The translations under genes and the position numbers were made by a program. From an uncultured archaeon (lineage in GTDB: Archaea > Aenigmatarchaeota > Aenigmatarchaeia > QMZP01 > JAFGSV01): a DNA stretch of 37,906 bases. Below, in pieces: positions 33,201 to 36,200 of this stretch. Numbering within the stretch: the first letter of the stretch is position 1; the number at the start of each line of letters is the position of its first letter. The notes under the pieces are model-generated. The model searched no databases. It worked only from the letters and a program-made list of their open reading frames with translations, and had not been told where the DNA came from. The stretch covers positions 1 through 37,906 of the forward strand of contig CAYUBD010000002.1 in NCBI GenBank assembly GCA_964442905.1, in the 5' to 3' direction.

Positions 33201-36200
33201 GTCATATTGGCGTTCCTTACGAGCGGGTTGAACTGGTACTGCTTTACTTTTGCAAACAGTTCCTGGGTCTCTTCGAACAGGTTCCCGTAATCCCATGTGT
33301 AGTTGATCTGGTTTATGGTAACATTTCCAATTGGATTCTGCGTGCCGTCTGCATGCGCGTAAAGGTTTATCGGCCTTACGTTGCTTACAAAACCGGCTGA
33401 TGGATAGTATAACACCGAATGGGAACCGCTGGTATCCCCTGCGCTGTGGTTATACCATGTGTATCTCTCCGTACTGTCATCGTCAACCATGTAGGCATAG
33501 CCTTCGCCTATCGTGAGGTTTGTCGCTGAGAAATCATAAAGTATGCTGAGGTTTATGTTCGAAAGCCTCTCATAAGGCTGTGACGGGTCCGTGAAAACCG
33601 GGTTGACGGTCGTGCTGCACTCCTCGCCTGAACATGTGTAGTAAACGTCGTCACTGTAGCTTGACTGGTTGGTGGTATCCCGTGTTGCCGTGACGTAGAA
33701 CATCTGCTTCTCGGTCTGGGTGCAGTTTACCGTGACATTATGCCTTATGATGCTTCTGCTGCCGAGTCCTGACACGTTCCATCTCACGGTGTTTGAAACG
33801 GCATTATAAACTCCGTCGTCATAAACTGCCAGTATCTCACATGCATGTGGCACTGAAAGGTTGACGCTCCAGTTGTTCGCTGCAATATCTCCTATGTTCG
33901 TTATCTTCAGGCTGAAGTTGTAGCTGTGATTTGCCTGGACCGTCTTGGGCTCCGGCCACGGGAATTCTGATCTCTGATTGGCCTCGAGAAGGAACTCGAG
34001 GTGGGATTCGCCTGTGTAGTTGGCTGTCTGGAAATCATGCTCTTCATACTCCGAAAGTTCCTTGTCGCTGTCGTAAGTGAGGTTCCATAAGGCATAACCG
34101 GTCTCGCCGCTTCCGGGCGGTGCCTTTATCTGGTAAGTGAGAAGCGCGTATTGGTTTTCGTCTATGGTGCCAAGCACCCATTCCAGTATGTTCTCTTCAA
34201 GGTCCACGCTGGATGATACGAGTTCCACATCGCCGCTTAGTCCGGGGTTCGCCGGAGTCCATCCTGATTTTATGTTATCCTGAATTGCCACGCCGCTTAT
34301 CTGCGCACAGCCCTTGTTGTGTATCGTTATGGCTCCCTCGAATACCTTGCTGCTCGACACGTATACCGGTGTCTCCCTTATGACCTCGAGCACGCCGTGG
34401 TTGTCGTTTTCTATGTTTATGCTCGTATTTTCACTGTACTGCTTGTGCGGAAGCTGGTAAACCACTGAAACGTTTATGGTTCCGTCTTCCGTTGATAATG
34501 GAGACGTCACATTGAACTCTGCTGCGTATGAAGTTATCCCGGTGGCGCTTATGGTCCTCTGGGAAGGCTGGTATGACCATCCAGATGGCACCTCAAGCGT
34601 GACGTTGTACTCAACATCCTCATCATACTGGTTGGATAAAACCACGTAAACGTCGTCTGTATCCTCCGGGCATATGAAGGGGTTGTACCATGTCTCATAG
34701 CTTATGTTCTCCTTTGTCAGGCTTTCATTAATCACGCTGACGTTACCGTCGTAAGAAAGATACGCCATTATGGTATACGTCCCGTCCCAGGAAACGATGT
34801 CTATGTTCTCTATGCTCTCCGTAGAGAATGAATCCGCTCCTATTGAAGGCTGTATGTATGTGGAATTGACCACGGTGCCGCTTTCATCAGTTATGTTCAC
34901 CCATAGATCCGGATTTATTGTGTGATTATGGGAATTCAGTACGGTCACATTGACATTAAGCGAGGTGTCATAGCCGTCAAGGCTGTATGTCTCGGTTGAT
35001 GATATGTAGGGCATTATTCCGAGCACATACGCTTTACTTTCAAGATAGCTCGTCATGTTGGCAGAGTTCACGGTTATGGTGCTGTCGCCTATGTTCTCGA
35101 ACTTGAGTATGCACAGTCCGCTGCCGTTGGGAGTGACATGCTGTCCTGGAATTCTTAGCTCTCTGTAGAGGTTCCCATTTATGATTTCGTAGTTGAGTAT
35201 CTCGTTGAAGGATGTGGAATTGTATGCGTAAATCCTGAAAGCGCTTTCGGAACCTGAATCCATGCTGATTGAGAATGTCTCAAGCCTGTAGTCTCCGGAC
35301 ATGCAGGGGAAGGTGAGGTCTGAAGAATCGCCTGAAGCTACTGGTATGGGGAATGGGTTCGTAGACTGTGACCAGTTATACTTGTAGTTCGTGGTGATGA
35401 AATCCACAGTGTCTTCAGTCCCGTAAGAGTTGTTTGCCTTTATGGTGACATTGAACGTGCCTTCTGTCGTGCCGTTCACGGTCCATGTTACGGTCTCGGG
35501 TGAACCAAGGTTAACGGTTCCAAGATACCTGACCCTGTCGTCGACGTCCCATTCTGGAGGGACATCGAGCGTGGCGTACACGTCGCTCGAATCTCCGATG
35601 TACGTTGCGATTGTAGCTTTTATAGTGAAGTTGTCATACTGAAGAGTCTCATCCGGATGGTAGTAGAAATCAATGGAGGGATTGGCCTGGCAGTTAGAAA
35701 GGTCCAGCGTTATCGTGAGGTTCTCTGATTCATTGTAGTTGTACGCATCATCCGTGGCGGATATCCTTGCGCGCCATATCTGCTGGCCGTCGACATAGTC
35801 GCATGATGGAAGGAAGAGTATCTCCGCCTTTCCGTCCGGGTCAGTCTGGGCGGTGCCTATCTCCTTGCTCCCACCGCTATAACCACTGTCAAGCACCTCG
35901 AATACCACATCTGCAGGCGTGCTGTGATTGTAGGTCTGGGCTATCAGGTCATAAACCCTTACTGAAAGGTTGACGGATACGGAAGTCGATGGATTGGTAT
36001 CGTTCCCTGAATGGTATTCAACAGAGACGTTGTCCTTCGTTATCGTGAACGTGTCGAAGCCGCCCGTTGCTTCAGAGGATAGCTCGTACTTGTAGAACCA
36101 GTTGCCCACATCATCGTAACTGAAGTTGTTGTACCAGTATATTGTCTCGTTTATGCAGTCCGGATAAGCGCAGGATACAATGGTCTGGTTTACGCATGTG

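Noticed and set aside
1322-34095. Short out-of-frame minus-strand ORFs, for example 1322..1507, 18679..19053, 25515..25757, 31797..31991 and 33907..34095.
   Set aside because: They lie in other frames inside the long ORFs and are Arg/His/Gln-rich nonsense-like sequences. They are best explained as chance ORFs.
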